64,000 nucleotides of DNA from the NCBI GenBank assembly GCA_963846575.1, contig CAWJWJ010000002.1:2400001-2464000 (forward strand), written 5' to 3'. The DNA comes from an uncultured Nitrospiraceae bacterium (lineage in GTDB: Bacteria; Nitrospirota; Nitrospiria; Nitrospirales; Nitrospiraceae). Both the position numbers and the translations under genes were made by a program. The notes below the pieces were generated by a model, which saw nothing but the letters and a program-made list of their open reading frames with translations, made no database searches and was not told the origin of the DNA. Each line of letters opens with the position of its first letter. The first letter of the stretch is position 1. Below are positions 61,184 to 64,000 of the stretch, piece after piece.

Positions 61184-62491
61184 CTAGAGTGACTTGGCCC
61201 GGTACGTCAGCATGCGAGGCTTGAGGTATTCTTCGATCACCGTGTTCGCGGTGGTTCGTTCCTGGTCGTTGGCCAGGGTCGCCAGATATTTGTCTTTGAG
61301 TTCTCCATTCGGCTCCGGGATTAAGGCATAGCTCAACACCACTTCGATATTCGCCGGTTCCCCACCGGCTGTCACAGCCTGAGAAAACGGTACACGGCGG
61401 GTATTCCCGCCCTTAATAAAGGGATCCGGGATCGGTCCCCGCAAAATCTTCTCGTAGGAAAGACCGAACCGCTTCGTTTCCTCACCCAGCACATGACCCT
61501 GGGCATCTTTGATGGTGATTGACAGAAAAAATTGCTTCAACACAGGGTCTCCGTCGGGGAAGCTATGGGGGAGACTTCCAACCTTTACCAGCACGGTGCC
61601 CTCTACGCCTGCCCCGGACTTTGTAGCCTCCACCTCGATACGCGGCATCCATTCCGCCTGGAGATTCCGATTTTTTAACAAGGTCCCAGGAATGACGACG
61701 CCGCGGAACCAATGTCGGCCGATCGCCCGGGTCATGGACCCGCGCTTCGACGTGGAGCTGCCGGTGGACGGCTCCATGTGACAATCCTGGCATATCGTGC
61801 CTTGCAGAATTTCGCCCGGCAAGTCCTTCTGGGTAACGTCCTTCACCTTGTCGAAATGGCATGACGCGCAATAATTTGCACCACGGTACAGCGGCATCTG
61901 CGTGGCAGGATGCACCAGATTCTCTTGCGGATCGGCATAGGGTCCGTAGAGCATTTCTCCCGGCTGCACTTTGTAAGTCGGAGGTGGCTGCGGCGTAGAT
62001 TCCACAGCATTGATGAGGTGACATGATGTACAGCCGATCCCCTCCACTTGCGGCTTGCCAGACAGGATCTGCGCCGTGATTTTTTCGACATGCTGGGGAA
62101 ATACCATCACGGCCGGAGCATGGCAGGAGAGGCACCGCTGACGCTCTTGCACGGTGGGATTAGTCTGCATCCACAGTCCCAGTACGGTCCGGAACACCGG
62201 AGACTCGAAAGAGGTGCCATGTAGCAACGCGGCGTCGACCCGACCGAATGATTTGAGGTCCGGAGTCTGCTCCCGTATCCCCTTCCATTCTTCGTAATGC
62301 CGATCGTGGCACTGCTTGCACTCTTCCGACCGGATAAATATCTTTTCGATCTCAGCGACCCAGTCAGGCGAAGCCTGACCATCAGGCTTCTGGGCAATCG
62401 CCCGCTCATGCAACGTGACATTCAGCAATGCCATGAGCAGCAGAAGCCCGCCCACTGCCAGTTTCTGGATCAACCGTCCCTTATCGCTCAC
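61184..62491 (-). CDS. Exported pentaheme c-type cytochrome
   Basis: Signal peptide; CKQCH, CLSCH, CTSCH, CASCH, CQDCH. Start uncertain (62491 GTG or 62524). Confidence 0.88.
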   Translation of the reverse strand: MSDKGRLIQKLAVGGLLLLMALLNVTLHERAIAQKPDGQASPDWVAEIEKIFIRSEECKQCHDRHYEEWKGIREQTPDLKSFGRVDAALLHGTSFESPVFRTVLGLWMQTNPTVQERQRCLSCHAPAVMVFPQHVEKITAQILSGKPQVEGIGCTSCHLINAVESTPQPPPTYKVQPGEMLYGPYADPQENLVHPATQMPLYRGANYCASCHFDKVKDVTQKDLPGEILQGTICQDCHMEPSTGSSTSKRGSMTRAIGRHWFRGVVIPGTLLKNRNLQAEWMPRIEVEATKSGAGVEGTVLVKVGSLPHSFPDGDPVLKQFFLSITIKDAQGHVLGEETKRFGLSYEKILRGPIPDPFIKGGNTRRVPFSQAVTAGGEPANIEVVLSYALIPEPNGELKDKYLATLANDQERTTANTVIEEYLKPRMLTYRAKSL

Positions 62492-62508
62492 TAGAGGTGC
62501 ATCCTGCC

Positions 62509-62997
62509 TTAATCTCGTCTGCATCCAACAAAATGAAAGTTGACTCCCCAGCCGACCGGATCGCCAGGGTCGGCCGGTTCATAGGTTCCAATCGTGAAAT
62601 TACACTCCTGAAGCGAGGCCTTAATGGCATTCCCGAAATCAATCAGTGTGCGGACTTCTTTTTTATCAATCTCCTTGATGACCGATCGCACCTTGATGCC
62701 GGCGTAGTCCGCACGAGAATTGCCGATCACTTCAAACACCGCCACGCCTTCTGGCCGCTGCAACTTCAGTATCTTCTGAATCTCTTCGTCGACTTCGCCG
62801 ACAGCGATCCCGAACTCTTCTCCGAGTTGAATGGCTTCCTCCGCCGTCATCTCGCCGTTAGTGGTGGCGCCTGTGTCCGCTCCGACTGATCCGAATCCTT
62901 CCGCCACAAAGAGCACAACTCCACACACACAAAAAGCCCTTCCGAGGGAAAGGGCTTTTCCGAAAAGCAACCAGACTTTCTTTGATTGTTCCTCCAA
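62509..62997 (-). CDS. Small exported PDZ-like protein
   Basis: GVAVFEVIGNSRADYAGIKVRSVIKEIDKKEV resembles a DegP-type PDZ domain. Confidence 0.7.
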   Translation of the reverse strand: MEEQSKKVWLLFGKALSLGRAFCVCGVVLFVAEGFGSVGADTGATTNGEMTAEEAIQLGEEFGIAVGEVDEEIQKILKLQRPEGVAVFEVIGNSRADYAGIKVRSVIKEIDKKEVRTLIDFGNAIKASLQECNFTIGTYEPADPGDPVGWGVNFHFVGCRRD

Positions 62998-63069
62998 CGG
63001 CTGCCCCTCATTAGCGCGATGTGATCGGCCCAGATGCAGCTACCTGACCTGTCATCCTACCAGGAATCA

Positions 63070-63912
63070 TCACATTTTTGTGACGGGGTCCAGTGACAGC
63101 TGAAACCAAGGCGCAATCGCTTTTTGCCCATTGCGCTCTTTATTCTCCCCGTTCCACACCGCGAAGGAGACCGCTTGAATATGCCCGGGCATCAATCTAG
63201 CCTCATTTTCCTGCTCCTCACTGGACAGCGGCCGACGCATCACCACCCGCCACATGCCATCCTTCCAGGTAGCTTTTCCTTGAATACGACCCTGCTTTTC
63301 CTTGGTCGTTAGAGTACTGAATCCGCCACCAATCAGATCTTCCACCGAAGAGGCTCGCCGAGGTATGACCTCAAACCGTCGCGGTTCCCCGCTGACAGCC
63401 CGATCTTTGTCTGGTGTCCTTGCGGCACGACGGTCAATATCGCTCTGCCAATCGGCTTTCCAGTGCCAAATATTGATGTAATGATCCAGTTGCCCCATGC
63501 AAAAAAAGGCAGGTGCGTCTCCAAGCGGCAAGCCCAACGCCACTCCATCGCGGAAGGTGCCCGGGGTGAGCCGATCATTTTTCGTATTGTCCTGCCATTC
63601 AAGCAGAAATGCGATGTCGATCCCGTTATGTACGGCGCGAACGGCCAGCGCATGGGCTGTCGGCTCTGGCCACACCGGTCGCGTAATGATCTGTCCACTA
63701 AGGGGCAGGGTCATGGGAGCGATTTTTTGCCAGAGTGGGTCCTCAGGCGCGACGGGGATGTCTCCCGCGACCGCCTGAGCACGAATGATCATACCTTCCG
63801 AACTGACTATGGGGATACCGAGACCGCCCAGAATGAGCGCGAAAAGAAGGAGACTAGAAAGGAAATACAAGAGCTTAGTACGGGATGTGTGAACCGATGT
63901 CATTCGCCTCAT
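63070..63912 (-). CDS. Ethylbenzene/DMSO-reductase type II gamma-like heme b protein (NxrC candidate)
   Basis: N-terminal TM/signal; LEWQD, FCMG (Met), INIWHWKA, FAVWNG..ERNGQK (Lys). Confidence 0.8.
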   Translation of the reverse strand: MRRMTSVHTSRTKLLYFLSSLLLFALILGGLGIPIVSSEGMIIRAQAVAGDIPVAPEDPLWQKIAPMTLPLSGQIITRPVWPEPTAHALAVRAVHNGIDIAFLLEWQDNTKNDRLTPGTFRDGVALGLPLGDAPAFFCMGQLDHYINIWHWKADWQSDIDRRAARTPDKDRAVSGEPRRFEVIPRRASSVEDLIGGGFSTLTTKEKQGRIQGKATWKDGMWRVVMRRPLSSEEQENEARLMPGHIQAVSFAVWNGENKERNGQKAIAPWFQLSLDPVTKM

Positions 63913-64000
63913 GTCCCGGCACGACGTCCTAGCCGTGAAATCTCATACTCACACTTCGCAACTGCGAGCGGTGAAACCTCGACCTGTTCCTACCACAGCT

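Noticed and set aside
1..64000. CRISPR arrays, rRNA, intact tRNA, transposases, integrases or defence systems
   Set aside because: No regularly spaced repeats, cloverleaf or matching protein motifs seen by eye; covariance-model scans were not run.

Overview
Chromosomal window from a nitrite-oxidising Nitrospira-like bacterium. The taxon is inferred from the Tat-exported Nitrospira-type NxrA, Pup, SmbP and DUF3015, not from a database search. The centre of the window holds two nxrAB operons in inverted orientation: minus 15122-19962 and plus 43957-48799. Between them lies a ~24 kb regulatory and transport island with three sigma54 enhancer-binding proteins, two two-component systems, an FNT-EmrB-TolC-EmrA operon, a heavy-metal RND pump and a Ca2+/H+ antiporter. 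Four sigma54-type promoters with three distinct upstream palindrome families are readable in the DNA. One of them drives a 33-aa membrane peptide absent from the ORF track, and it shares an upstream motif with the FNT operon. The minus nxrAB copy has three single-base frameshifts and hppA has one; these are probably consensus errors. The flanks carry a uvrA paralog, a deacetylase/pentaheme/rhodanese/SmbP/C-N hydrolase cluster, pepF, bfd with a Fur-like box, rel, recJ, a stand-alone pup, and an NxrC-like/PDZ/two-pentaheme cluster. No rRNA, intact tRNA, CRISPR array or transposase was seen.
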